Origin: a bacterium
Lineage (GTDB): Bacteria; Patescibacteriota; Minisyncoccia; CAIUEV01
NCBI GenBank assembly: GCA_021779915.1
Contig: JAJXZR010000008.1
Coordinates: 1-58,562 of the forward strand
Direction: 5' to 3'
DNA length: 58,562 nt
The notes beneath the pieces were generated by a model. That model did not search any database. It saw nothing but the letters and a program-made list of their open reading frames with translations, and was not told the DNA's origin. Made by a program: the position numbers and the translations under genes. Shown piece after piece: positions 15,943-24,997 of this stretch. Within the stretch, counting starts at the first letter, position 1, and the number at the start of each line of letters is the position of its first letter.

Positions 15943-16116
15943 AATTTCTATTAAAATTGACTTCCTACTTCTAAGTTAGAATAATTTAATAATATTGAGA
16001 AGATGTTTATTGAATTATTATTAATTTTGACCCAAATTAATTTATCAATAAGTATATGAATAGCTATAGCGATTTGTTCGCACTGGTGGTGTTTGAGTAA
16101 TAATTACAAAAAAAAT

Positions 16117-17361
16117 ATGAAACAATCACAACTTTTTGCTAAAACCAGAAAAGAAACGCCAAAAGACGAATTGAGTTTGAATGCGATACTACTGATACGG
16201 GCGGGTTTTATTGACAAGTTGATGGCAGGCGTTTACACTTTTTTACCCCTGGGGCTCCGGGTAATGAAAAAAATAGAGGGAATTATTCGAGAGGAGATGG
16301 AAAAAGTCGGCGGAGTGGAGATTTTTATGCCAACCCTTCAGCCAAAATTCAATTGGGACCAAACAGGAAGGTGGGATACGATGGATGATTTGTTCAAGTT
16401 AGATAAATCCAAAGATAGTGAACTTGCCCTCGGGCCAACTCACGAAGAAGTTATATCTCCACTATTAAAAAGATTTATTAGCTCCCACAAAGACCTACCA
16501 AGGTATATTTTTCAGTTCCAAAACAAATTTCGCAACGAAAAGCGGGCTAAATCAGGAATTTTGCGTGGACGCGAATTCATAATGAAAGATTTATATTCTT
16601 TTCATGCTAACCAAAAAGATTTGGATGAATATTACGAAAAACAAAAAGAAGTCTATGCTCGAATTTTCAAAAGGCTCGAGTTGGAAGAAAAGACTTACTT
16701 AACTTATGCTTCTGGAGGATCGTTCTCCAAATATTCCCATGAATTCCAAACCATTACCCCCGCTGGAGAAGATATTATTTATATCTGTCCGAAATGCAAG
16801 ATGGCTATCAACAAAGAAATTATCGAGGATTTGGAGAACAAATGCCCTAATTGCGGTAACACAAATCTTCTGGAAGAAAAAGCGATAGAAGTGGGAAATA
16901 TATTCAAATTGGGCACCAAATACTCCGCCCCTTTCCAGTTGAATTATCAAGATGAGGAAGGCAGAGAAAAACCAGTTCTAATGGGTTGCTATGGCATTGG
17001 GCTGTCACGCTTGATGGGAACCATCGTCGAAATTTTCAACGATTCCAAAGGCATTATTTGGCCAAAATCAGCTACACCCTTCCAAGTTCATTTAATTAGT
17101 CTGGGGCAGAACGAAGAAGCAGAGAAAATTTATGCCGAGCTAGAAGAAAAAGGGATAGAAGTTTTGTATGATGACCGCGACATAAGCGCTGGTGAGAAAT
17201 TCTATGATTCCGACTTAATTGGAATTCCTATTAGAGTTATTATGAGTAAAAGAAGTCTAGAAAATGGCGGGATTGAATACAAGTTGCGCTCCGAAGACAA
17301 ATCAAGGATTATCCCGCTCAACAACATTAATAAAGAAATAGAAACCTTCTACCTGGCATAA
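16117..17361 (+). CDS. proS: Prolyl-tRNA synthetase, bacterial-type N-terminus but lacking the INS editing domain; CxxC...CxxC zinc-ribbon insert
   Basis: MKQSQLFAKTRKETPKDELSLNAILLIRAGFIDKLMAGVYTFLPLGLRVMKKIEGIIREEM parallels E. coli ProRS ([42 protein letters not shown]). Class II motif 2 is FRNEKRAKSGILRGREFIMKD and motif 3 is GCYGIGLSRL. ICPKCKMAINK...KCPNCGN sits where INS would be. I prefer the ATG at 16117 over the TTG at 16093. Confidence 0.88.
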   Translation: MKQSQLFAKTRKETPKDELSLNAILLIRAGFIDKLMAGVYTFLPLGLRVMKKIEGIIREEMEKVGGVEIFMPTLQPKFNWDQTGRWDTMDDLFKLDKSKDSELALGPTHEEVISPLLKRFISSHKDLPRYIFQFQNKFRNEKRAKSGILRGREFIMKDLYSFHANQKDLDEYYEKQKEVYARIFKRLELEEKTYLTYASGGSFSKYSHEFQTITPAGEDIIYICPKCKMAINKEIIEDLENKCPNCGNTNLLEEKAIEVGNIFKLGTKYSAPFQLNYQDEEGREKPVLMGCYGIGLSRLMGTIVEIFNDSKGIIWPKSATPFQVHLISLGQNEEAEKIYAELEEKGIEVLYDDRDISAGEKFYDSDLIGIPIRVIMSKRSLENGGIEYKLRSEDKSRIIPLNNINKEIETFYLA

Positions 17362-17513
17362 ATTTGTTGCAATATTTTATCAGTGAAAAATAATAAGCAA
17401 AGATAGTTGGCTGTTCTAGTTTTTGCTTGTGCAACAAATATATTTTCTGTCCGTACTAAGCTACAAGACTTGTGTTTCAGGAAGCTGGGGTGTTTAACTC
17501 TTTTAAATAAAAA

Positions 17514-18119
17514 ATGAAAAAAATATTAGCGCTAATTTTGTCGGTTTTTTGCTTGGGAACTTTGACAGTACAGGCAGCTAGTGTGATTCCTTCAAGTGAT
17601 ATTGTTGGTCCGCGTGGGAATGTCCCAGATGGAGCTCCAAACGATCGCGGATTCAAGCTGTTTGCTATTCCCGTCCAAAATATACTTTCTCGTTCGGGAC
17701 AACCGTCGCTTAGTGATTTCAAATGGCTTAAAAACAATGGTTGGAAAAGCGTGGTGGATCTGCGAGTTAACAAAGAGAAGAAGGACATTGCCATCGACAC
17801 CAAAATCCCCGGCTTTAACTCCCTAGGATTTAATTATTTAGGATTGCCGATTAAAGATGGTGGGGTTCCCAGTGCTAATCAAGTACACAAGTTTCTGAAA
17901 TTCGTTACTAATGGCGACAATCAACCATCTGAGGTGCATTGTGCTGCCGGCATTGGCAGAACTGGCATTATGGTTGCCCTTTATCGTTATCAAATCCAAG
18001 GATGGTCAATGAATCAAGCAATCAAAGAGGCTAATTTATTTACCAAAAACCTGCCCAAATCCCAACAACAATGGCTTCGAAAGTGGGCTAAAAACCATAA
18101 AGCAGGAAGTGGCGCATAA
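17514..18119 (+). CDS. Secreted protein-tyrosine/dual-specificity phosphatase
   Basis: Signal peptide MKKILALILSVFCLGTLTVQA and PTP loop VHCAAGIGRTG (HCx5R). Confidence 0.75.
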   Translation: MKKILALILSVFCLGTLTVQAASVIPSSDIVGPRGNVPDGAPNDRGFKLFAIPVQNILSRSGQPSLSDFKWLKNNGWKSVVDLRVNKEKKDIAIDTKIPGFNSLGFNYLGLPIKDGGVPSANQVHKFLKFVTNGDNQPSEVHCAAGIGRTGIMVALYRYQIQGWSMNQAIKEANLFTKNLPKSQQQWLRKWAKNHKAGSGA

Positions 18120-18159
18120 TATCACTATCGACCACCGTTAAGTTCTAATTAAATAAAAA

Positions 18160-18402
18160 ATGAAAAAATATAAACAGTGGAAAAATATCCTCGGATCACC
18201 GCTCATAAGCAAAACTTATGCGGTAGTGGGAAATCATGGCAGAACCGACGTATCCGCTTCTAGTTCTTCCGATCCAGGACACGCTGATTATTACTACTAG
18301 GGGGAAAATTTCGCCATAATTAGCGTTGAAAACAATCAAATAACTCTGAAATTATATAATATCAGTGGTTCCCTGGTAAAAACTTTTACTTTTTCCAGCT
18401 AA
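18160..18402 (+). pseudogene. Possible remnant of a metallophosphoesterase-like gene
   Basis: A short ORF MKKYKQWKNILGSPLISKTYAVVGNHGRTD...ADYYY* contains a GNH(D/E)-like motif. It is followed out of frame by ...NFAIISVENNQITLKLYNISGSLVKTFTFSS*. Too fragmentary for a firm call. Confidence 0.25.
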
Positions 18403-18503
18403 TAAGTCAAAACAAAAAACTATCCTCATGGGGTTGATTGGAGGTTTAATTTATGTAATAGTTATTTTGGGACTAGGTAGATCTCCTAAGATTAACAATT
18501 ACC

Positions 18504-19475
18504 ATGCAAAACAAAATGTTACAGAAGAAACTAGTTAGTATTATTGTACCTGTATATAACGAAGAGAAAAATATTGCTTTATTCCACAAAAAATTAATCC
18601 GAGTCATCGATTCGCTTGGATATTCTTTTGAAGTAATCTATGTTAATGACGGCAGTTCCGACAAAAGTCTTTTGGAAATCGAAAAAGTTTCTGGTTCCGA
18701 TTCAAGAGTTAAATATATTGATTTTTCCCGCAATTTTGGCAAAGAAATAGCCACCACGTGTGGCATTAATAACTGCCAGGGAGACGCTTGTATTATGATT
18801 GACGCTGATTTACAGCACTCTGTAGAATTAATTCCTGATTTTCTTAAAAAGTGGGAAGGGGGGTCAGAAGTAGTTATCGGAATTCGCAAAGGTTACAGAA
18901 GAGAAGATTTTGTTAAAAAAATAGGGTCAATGTTATTTTACAAAATAATAAGGAGTATCACCGATTTTGAAATGATTCCCAATGCAACCGATTTTCGCCT
19001 AATCGATAGGATTGTAATTGACGAGTTCAATCGCTTTAAAGAAACCAACCGCATGACCAGAGCTCTCATTGACTGGCTGGGTTTTAGACGAAGCTATATT
19101 TATTTCGAGGTGGGCGTTAGGCAAAATGGAAAATCCAACTATACTTTTTGGAAATTATTTCGCTTGGCAATGAATGGCTTTGTTTCACTCAGTTTTTTAC
19201 CTCTTAAATTGGCCGGGTATCTTGGTATTGCCATCACTCTCACTTCCGGTACTTTTGGATTGTATATTTTAATAAGCAAATACCTATTCGGTAGCTATTT
19301 TGCCGGGGATTTTACAGGATCAGAACAACTGGCAGTCCTCACGGTCTTTTTGGTAGGTATAATTCTAGTTTCTCTTGGTCTTATCGCCCTTTATATAGCT
19401 AATATTCACGATGAAGTGATTGGTCGCCCAATGTATGTGGTGAGAAGAAAAAAGTTAAACAGTGAAAAGTCATAG
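18504..19475 (+). CDS. Family 2 glycosyltransferase, polyprenyl-phosphate sugar transferase type (GtrB/DPM1-like) with two C-terminal TM helices
   Basis: SIIVPVYNEEKNI, VIYVNDGSSDKS, the DxD motif IMIDADLQH, and a C-terminal TM pair. Confidence 0.8.
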   Translation: MQNKMLQKKLVSIIVPVYNEEKNIALFHKKLIRVIDSLGYSFEVIYVNDGSSDKSLLEIEKVSGSDSRVKYIDFSRNFGKEIATTCGINNCQGDACIMIDADLQHSVELIPDFLKKWEGGSEVVIGIRKGYRREDFVKKIGSMLFYKIIRSITDFEMIPNATDFRLIDRIVIDEFNRFKETNRMTRALIDWLGFRRSYIYFEVGVRQNGKSNYTFWKLFRLAMNGFVSLSFLPLKLAGYLGIAITLTSGTFGLYILISKYLFGSYFAGDFTGSEQLAVLTVFLVGIILVSLGLIALYIANIHDEVIGRPMYVVRRKKLNSEKS

Positions 19476-19493
19476 AGTCTTTCAATCTTTCTA

Positions 19494-20555
19494 TCAAAAC
19501 ACCCCAGGAATGAATCGATAGGGAATTTTTTTGGCGTACTTTCGGTATTCGGGATCACGAAGAAGATGGTTTTCTTCGGTGATGGCGCGGAAATAGTAGA
19601 GAAGCGACCAAAGAACCACATTCACAAATATAAAAAGCATCTGAAAAACACTTGTTTGCCAAGCGGAAATTAGAAAAGGGAGGCTTCCGATCCACCAGGC
19701 GAAATTTTTACTGATATAGGCAGGATGACGGACAAAACGGTAGGGACCGTGAGAAACAATTCCTCGATTCACCAGATTCCCCGCTTTGAATCCGAGAGCC
19801 ACAGAGGCCCAGCCATAGATTACTAGAGAAAGCAGAATCAGAACATTGAAAAATAAATTGGCGTTCTGACTGGCAAAACCAGTGACAGAATCTTTGGATT
19901 CCCAAATAATAAAGTGGTTGGTAATTTGGTTAAAAGGAGGATAACAAGCAAGCGCCACCACCCAGCCGAATAAAGTTGGCTCTACCGAACGAATTATATT
20001 CCCCAGTTTTTTTGATTCCACGAGGTAGGCAAAAGCAAAAACAGCAGTATCTAAAAGAAAAACAATATTAAAGAAAAACCAAAACAGGGAATCATTGAAG
20101 AAAAAAGCAAAATTTCCCATATCCATAGCAGTTCCCAAGAATTTGAAACTAAGTCCGTAAGCAAAAACATTTTCCAAATGAAAAAGCAACCAATTAATCA
20201 TCAAGGGAAAATAAAAAGCCCTGATGAGAAGTGAGAAAAAGGCGGTTTTTTCTTCCCGAGAGACGCTCAATTTTTTGATGGAGAAAAAAGAAGTTAAAAA
20301 ACGCCAAAGAACCTCGAGGAAAATCAATGATTTGGATTTTTTCCTGCTTGGAAAAAAAATTCGAAAAAGCAAGATAAATCCCAAAAATACAATTGCTAGG
20401 TAAAAAAATAAATCAATTGCCCGAAACGTCAGAAAAAGATGGTGTGTTTCGGAAAAATAATCTCGAAAATAAGGGATACGAGTGTAGAAAAAATAAAGAA
20501 AAACAATCACAAAACTATCTGAGAGCCAATTTTTGAATTTTAGGGAATTTTTCAA
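19494..20555 (-). CDS. Polytopic membrane protein with C-terminal ICMT/phospholipid-methyltransferase-family domain
   Basis: About 8 TM segments. GIVSHGPYRFVRHPAYISKNFAWW matches the GPY...RHP.Y motif of isoprenylcysteine carboxyl methyltransferase-like enzymes. Confidence 0.6.
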   Translation of the reverse strand: MKNSLKFKNWLSDSFVIVFLYFFYTRIPYFRDYFSETHHLFLTFRAIDLFFYLAIVFLGFILLFRIFFPSRKKSKSLIFLEVLWRFLTSFFSIKKLSVSREEKTAFFSLLIRAFYFPLMINWLLFHLENVFAYGLSFKFLGTAMDMGNFAFFFNDSLFWFFFNIVFLLDTAVFAFAYLVESKKLGNIIRSVEPTLFGWVVALACYPPFNQITNHFIIWESKDSVTGFASQNANLFFNVLILLSLVIYGWASVALGFKAGNLVNRGIVSHGPYRFVRHPAYISKNFAWWIGSLPFLISAWQTSVFQMLFIFVNVVLWSLLYYFRAITEENHLLRDPEYRKYAKKIPYRFIPGVF

Positions 20556-20639
20556 GATAGAATTTTAAAAACACAGTCTAATTTTAGCTTGATTTTTTAT
20601 TATCAAAAGGATTTTTAAATTACCAAATAGAAAGCGTAC

Positions 20640-20744
20640 ATTTCGCCTAAAACAAAAGCGGGAGAAGCTTTTTAAAATTAGGGGATTTTCTACCAGAAAA
20701 TCATAATTTTAAAAAACTTCTCCCGCTTTTGTTTTAGGCGAAAT
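20640..20744. repeat. 40-bp-stem foldback with conserved 25-nt apex (partner family member at 46116-46232)
   Basis: atttcgcctaaaacaaaagcgggagaagctttttaaaatt and aattttaaaaaacttctcccgcttttgttttaggcgaaat are complementary with one mismatch. The apex is aggggattttctaccagaaaatcat. It lies between divergent genes. Confidence 0.85.
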
Positions 20745-20834
20745 TTTATTCTAGCTCTATCGAATTCTAAAATCATTGAATTATCAAAAAAAACTGTTAT
20801 CAATTAAACACGACCAGATGAGAATCTTAATTTT

Positions 20835-22442
20835 ATGAAATCAATAAATATAAAAAATTTATTCTTGTTTTTATTTATTCTTTTTGGAATTCTTTTTTTG
20901 GTTTTTACGGGACTAAATCTACTATCTGACAATTATCAAAAGATTCCCCCGAATAATAGTTCTTCAGTTGGGCAAATCGCTAACCCAATTATTGAAAATC
21001 AAAATTCTAATCTTAATAATTCCAAACCAATGTTAAAAATCAGAAAACCGGCCGTAGCGGGTTCTTTTTATCCCAGCAATTTCGAGGAATTAAAGAGTCA
21101 AGTAGATAGATTTCTTGCTAAAGCTCCAACTAACTTGCCTAGTGCCAGAATGATTCTGGTTCCCCACGCAGGATATGATTATTCCGGTCAAGTGGCAGCT
21201 TATGGATTTCGAGCACTTCAAAATTACGCCAAATCCAACAATCTGCAAGAACCCACGGTCATCCTCCTAGGAATGAGCCACCAAACATATTTAACCGGCT
21301 TTGCAGTGGATCCTAACGACCAGTGGGAGACTTCCTTGGGGAATGTTTCGCTTGATAAAGAAATGATTGAAAGTTTGTCCCACAAAGCGACCTTTTCTTT
21401 GAGTGAAGAAGCCTTTCTCGAAGAACATTCTCTTGAGGTGGAAATCCCCTTTCTCAAAGAAACTTTGGGTGATTTCAAGATTGTTCCGATTCTCGTAGGT
21501 GATTTGAAAAATGCAGATTTGGAAAAATTCGCCTCTTCGCTGGAAAGCGTGATGAATGATAATTCTTTAGTCGTGATTAGTTCTGATCTTTCCCACTATC
21601 CGGCTTATCAAGATGCCCAGAAAATTGACAAAGAAACTATAAAAGGTATTCTTAGCCAAGACGTTGCGACTTTTGACAAAGCTCTTGCCGACCTTGAGAG
21701 TAAAAAAGTGGGCAACGCTCTTACTTTTGCCTGTGGAGAAAAAGCGATTAAATTGGGAATTTATCTGGGAAATAAATTAGGATTGAAAAACTCTAAGCTT
21801 CTTTTTAGTGCTAATTCAGGCGATATAACGGGAGACAAAAATCGAGTAGTAGGTTATGGCTCAATCGGATTTTGGGAGGAAGGAAAACCCACTGGCAAAG
21901 AAGATAAAAAAGAGTTAGTGAAAATGGCCAAGGAAACAGTGGAGAGCTTTGTGAAAGAAGGGAAAATACCTGATTTTTCTTCACTTCTCAAGAAACCAGA
22001 ACTTGCCTTTTTAAAACAGAATTCCGGGGTTTTTGTTACGTTGAACAAAAACGGTAATTTGCGGGGATGCATTGGCCTAATGGAATCAGACAAACCCCTT
22101 TATGAAACAGTGCCTCAAATGGCAGCCGCAGCCACCATACACGACAATAGATTCAGCCCCATCACCCAAGATGAACTTCCGGAACTTGAATATGAAGTTT
22201 CCGTTCTTTCTCCGATGAAAAGAATTCAAAATATCAATGAAATCATTTTGGGCAAACACGGTGTCAAAGTGAAAAACGGTCAAAACGAAGGAGTTTTTCT
22301 TCCCCAAGTCGCCACTGAAACCGGATGGGATCTAAAAGAGTTTCTAAACCAGCTCTGCACCCAAAAAGCCAGCCTCGGTGCCGACTGTTTCAAAGACCCC
22401 AAGACGGAGATTTATGTGTTTGAAGCGGAAGTGATAGAATAG
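20835..22442 (+). CDS. Fusion protein: N-terminal TM + MEMO1-family (AmmeMemoRadiSam protein B-like) + AMMECR1 (protein A-like) domains
   Basis: The MEMO part has RKPAVAGSFYP, LVPHAGYDYSG and VISSDLSHY. The AMMECR1 part has GVFVTLNKNGNLRGCIG and GVFLPQVA. Confidence 0.8.
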   Translation: MKSINIKNLFLFLFILFGILFLVFTGLNLLSDNYQKIPPNNSSSVGQIANPIIENQNSNLNNSKPMLKIRKPAVAGSFYPSNFEELKSQVDRFLAKAPTNLPSARMILVPHAGYDYSGQVAAYGFRALQNYAKSNNLQEPTVILLGMSHQTYLTGFAVDPNDQWETSLGNVSLDKEMIESLSHKATFSLSEEAFLEEHSLEVEIPFLKETLGDFKIVPILVGDLKNADLEKFASSLESVMNDNSLVVISSDLSHYPAYQDAQKIDKETIKGILSQDVATFDKALADLESKKVGNALTFACGEKAIKLGIYLGNKLGLKNSKLLFSANSGDITGDKNRVVGYGSIGFWEEGKPTGKEDKKELVKMAKETVESFVKEGKIPDFSSLLKKPELAFLKQNSGVFVTLNKNGNLRGCIGLMESDKPLYETVPQMAAAATIHDNRFSPITQDELPELEYEVSVLSPMKRIQNINEIILGKHGVKVKNGQNEGVFLPQVATETGWDLKEFLNQLCTQKASLGADCFKDPKTEIYVFEAEVIE

Positions 22443-22629
22443 AATTTTTAATTTCCAATTTCGCAATTCATCAATTTTAAAAAACACGTGTCATTCCTGC
22501 GAAGGCAGGAATCCAGAAAAGTAATATTCTATTAGTCTAATATAATTCTCCTGGATCCCGGGTCAAGCCCGGGATGACACACTAAGCGGGTATTGTTTAA
22601 AAAATTACAAAATTAAAAATTAAAAATTC
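22441..22629. repeat. Foldback palindrome of the 734-887 family with a MITE nested at its centre
   Basis: The left arm is agaatttttaatttccaatttcgcaatt. The reverse complement of the right arm is agaatttttaatttttaattttgtaatt. The centre-flanking motifs aattttaaaaaac and gggtattgtttaaaaaatt bracket the element at 22488-22580. Confidence 0.7.
22488..22580. mobile_element. MITE-like element copy B (short form, variant left hairpin)
   Basis: The left end is gtgtcattcctgcgaaggcaggaatccag and the right end is cctggatcccgggtcaagcccgggatgacac. The left stem is a different sequence (ATTCCTGC/GCAGGAAT) but is still an 8-bp hairpin. Confidence 0.75.
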
Positions 22630-24011
22630 TAATAATGTATATGTACCGGAGTTCCAATATCAGCCCAGTAGTAGACTGTTTCGGCGGGACCCACTCCCAT
22701 ACGGACGCAACCGTGGGAAACAGGAACGCCTAAGTGGTTGGCGCCTTCTTTATATCCATTAGGCCATTCTGGAAGCTCGTGAATGCCGTGTCCTTGGTTG
22801 GTAAATCCCATAAAATAGGGCATAAACAACTTATATTTCTTTGACCAAGCACGTTTTCTTTTGTTTAAAATAGAAAAATTACCGGTAGGAGTGGGCATCA
22901 CCCTCTTTCCGGTGGAAACGCGGTAGTTTCCCATATTTACCCCGTCTTCATAAATGGTTAGAATTTGCTTAGTCAAATTAATATCGATATATTTCCCTTT
23001 TTTGATGTAGGGATCATTGTTAGCTGAACCCAGTTTACTAGCCAAACCACTTGTATCAAAAGAATGAAAAGTAGTTTGGACTTCCTGCTCCAATAATCCA
23101 TCATCTTTGCCCTTGATTCCTGGCTTTATTTTCACACTGTAATCAGTGTTCCCTGCCCATTTTTGAGGCTTAAAAAGCATTACCTTATTGTCTTCTTGCC
23201 ATTCAATATTGCCCGCCACATTAGGTGTGATTTCTATAAAATCTTTAATATTATCAGGCACAACCGGTTTGGAAAAAATCGCTTTAACCGGCGTAAATTC
23301 CTTCACATCCGCCGTTTTATCTGCCGGAATAATTTGCTCTACTTTAACCGGAGAAGAAGTCTGGAACTGAAAATTAGCAATTTCCCTTTTATACCAGATG
23401 CGAGCATCTTTTTCTGACGCATAACTCTCAAAAGCCACCACTTGGTATTTCGTATCCCCCGGCAAAGGTTCCTCGGGTTTTATTTCAAACGATTTACGGT
23501 CATCACTCACAAAAAGGGCATATTTGAAAGCGGGCACGATATTAAAATCCAAACGAGAATTTTTATTTCCCTCGTCCAAATCAAATTTAATGGGAGTTTT
23601 GAGGGGATCAATGGTAGCATTGTTAGCTGGACTTACAGCAATGATTTTTGGTAGAGATTTAGTACTCAAAGTGTCAGAAAAGGAAAATCCCATAGCCGTT
23701 GGGGTCAATCCCTTCAAAGAAACTTTATACTCGGTTCCCGGTTGCAAAGGAACAACGGGAATAAAAGTCATTTGATTGCCATTAAAGGAAATTTTTCCCA
23801 CTACTCCCGGAGAAATATTGAAAGAGGACTCGATAGTGTGGGGAACAAAAGGACCATCAAAGCTAATAACGATTGGGTCTTCGATATTAATGAGCTTTGT
23901 TAGAAGCTGAGCCTTCGTTATCTTAAGAAAAGGAATCGCACCGGAAAAGCTAAGAATAGCCGCCAGTACTATTATTATTGCAAAAGAAGAAACAAAAATC
24001 AGTTTTTTCAT
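22629..24011 (-). CDS. L,D-transpeptidase (YkuD domain) with N-terminal anchor and Ig-like repeats
   Basis: The C-terminal catalytic motif is GIHELP...VPVSHGCVRM (HxxxxxSxGCxR). N-terminal TM. The middle has repeated beta-rich modules ending in ...TKYQV / ...TEYKV. Confidence 0.8.
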   Translation of the reverse strand: MKKLIFVSSFAIIIVLAAILSFSGAIPFLKITKAQLLTKLINIEDPIVISFDGPFVPHTIESSFNISPGVVGKISFNGNQMTFIPVVPLQPGTEYKVSLKGLTPTAMGFSFSDTLSTKSLPKIIAVSPANNATIDPLKTPIKFDLDEGNKNSRLDFNIVPAFKYALFVSDDRKSFEIKPEEPLPGDTKYQVVAFESYASEKDARIWYKREIANFQFQTSSPVKVEQIIPADKTADVKEFTPVKAIFSKPVVPDNIKDFIEITPNVAGNIEWQEDNKVMLFKPQKWAGNTDYSVKIKPGIKGKDDGLLEQEVQTTFHSFDTSGLASKLGSANNDPYIKKGKYIDINLTKQILTIYEDGVNMGNYRVSTGKRVMPTPTGNFSILNKRKRAWSKKYKLFMPYFMGFTNQGHGIHELPEWPNGYKEGANHLGVPVSHGCVRMGVGPAETVYYWADIGTPVHIHY

Positions 24012-24094
24012 TAGAATTTTTCTTGTTTTTGATATTTAAACAATAACTCTGATTGGAATGGTAACAATTTTTTTTGGAATAACGAAATATATTT

Positions 24095-24124
24095 TTGATT
24101 TTCGTTTTATCTTTTTTTTATAAT
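24095..24124 (+). promoter_or_regulatory. Candidate promoter TTGATT-N18-TATAAT (duplicate of 5505-5534)
   Basis: 29 nt are identical to 5505-5533. It lies 61 nt upstream of the NYN gene start. Confidence 0.45.
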
Positions 24125-24184
24125 TTTTTTATCACTGGCTTGGTATATTGAAACCAAGTATTTTTTAATTTTTATTAAGAAAAA

Positions 24185-24676
24185 ATGAAGAAATTTTTTT
24201 CAAATTATGCTTTCATTGATAGCCAAAATTTGAATCTTGGAGTCAAGAGTCAAGGATGGCAATTAGATTTTGAGAGATTTAGAATATTTTTGAAAGAAAA
24301 ATATAAAGTAGAGAAAGTTTATCTTTTTATCGGATTTATACCAGAAAACCAATCATTATACATTTATTTACAAAAATCAGGCTATATCTGCATCTTTAAA
24401 CCCACTTTAGAGGTAAATAAAAGAAAAAATCCTAAAATCAAAGGTAATGTTGATGCCGAATTAGTTTTACATACTATGATTGAATATTCAAACTATGACA
24501 GAGCAATAATTGTTTCAGGAGATGGGGATTTTTTCTGCTTAATCGAATATCTAGTCAAAGAAAACAAACTTCTCAAAGTAATTGTTCCAAACCATAGATT
24601 TTCGTCATTGCTCAGAAAATATAGCAACTACATAGCCAACATCCAGCTTTTTAGGAAAAAATTGGAGAGAAAATAA
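24185..24676 (+). CDS. NYN/LabA-like (PIN-related) putative ribonuclease
   Basis: AFIDSQNLNLG near the N-terminus, GNVDAELVL and AIIVSGDGDF match the conserved acidic motifs of NYN (DUF88) domains. Confidence 0.65.
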   Translation: MKKFFSNYAFIDSQNLNLGVKSQGWQLDFERFRIFLKEKYKVEKVYLFIGFIPENQSLYIYLQKSGYICIFKPTLEVNKRKNPKIKGNVDAELVLHTMIEYSNYDRAIIVSGDGDFFCLIEYLVKENKLLKVIVPNHRFSSLLRKYSNYIANIQLFRKKLERK

Positions 24677-24827
24677 AAAAGAGAGGCATTCCCGCGAGAC
24701 AAAACTCTTTGGTAGTCCTCTCATCATGATTGAGTTTATGCTAAAATGATTTTATGTTTTGTCAAATTTTTAAAAAATGATTGTACTTAGATGATAATCC
24801 AGAATCTGCATCAGGTTAGATCCTGCC

Positions 24828-24854
24828 AAAAAACCCCGAATCTCGGGGTTTTTT
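24828..24854 (+). terminator. Rho-independent terminator
   Basis: aaaaaaccccga-atc-tcggggtttttt. Confidence 0.7.
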
Positions 24855-24936
24855 GTTTTCTCTCTTTCCTCTTTAAACTTTCTAAACTTTCCTGCCCCGT
24901 ACCGAATGGTACTGGGGTCTAAACTCTAATATCCAA

Positions 24937-24965
24937 AACTCCCCCGCTTTTTGGACGGGGGAGTT
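24937..24965 (-). terminator. Terminator downstream of the 404-aa Cys-rich gene
   Basis: aactcccccg-ctttttgga-cgggggagtt. On the minus strand it is followed by ttttgg. Confidence 0.65.
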
Positions 24966-24997
24966 GGGAAAATTTAGAGCAGATTAATGTAAAGATT

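Noticed and set aside
16093-16116. TTG start for proS given by the ORF track.
   Set aside because: The ATG at 16117 yields MKQSQLFAKT..., which matches the conserved ProRS N-terminus. The 8 extra residues are unsupported.
24890-24935. Possible degenerate MITE end (cctgccccgtaccgaatggtactggggtctaaactc) marking the left edge of the Cys-rich block.
   Set aside because: It shares only the accattcggtac palindrome and a few flanking bases with the rearranged end at 35873-35927. That is too weak to annotate as an element, so it is mentioned only as context.
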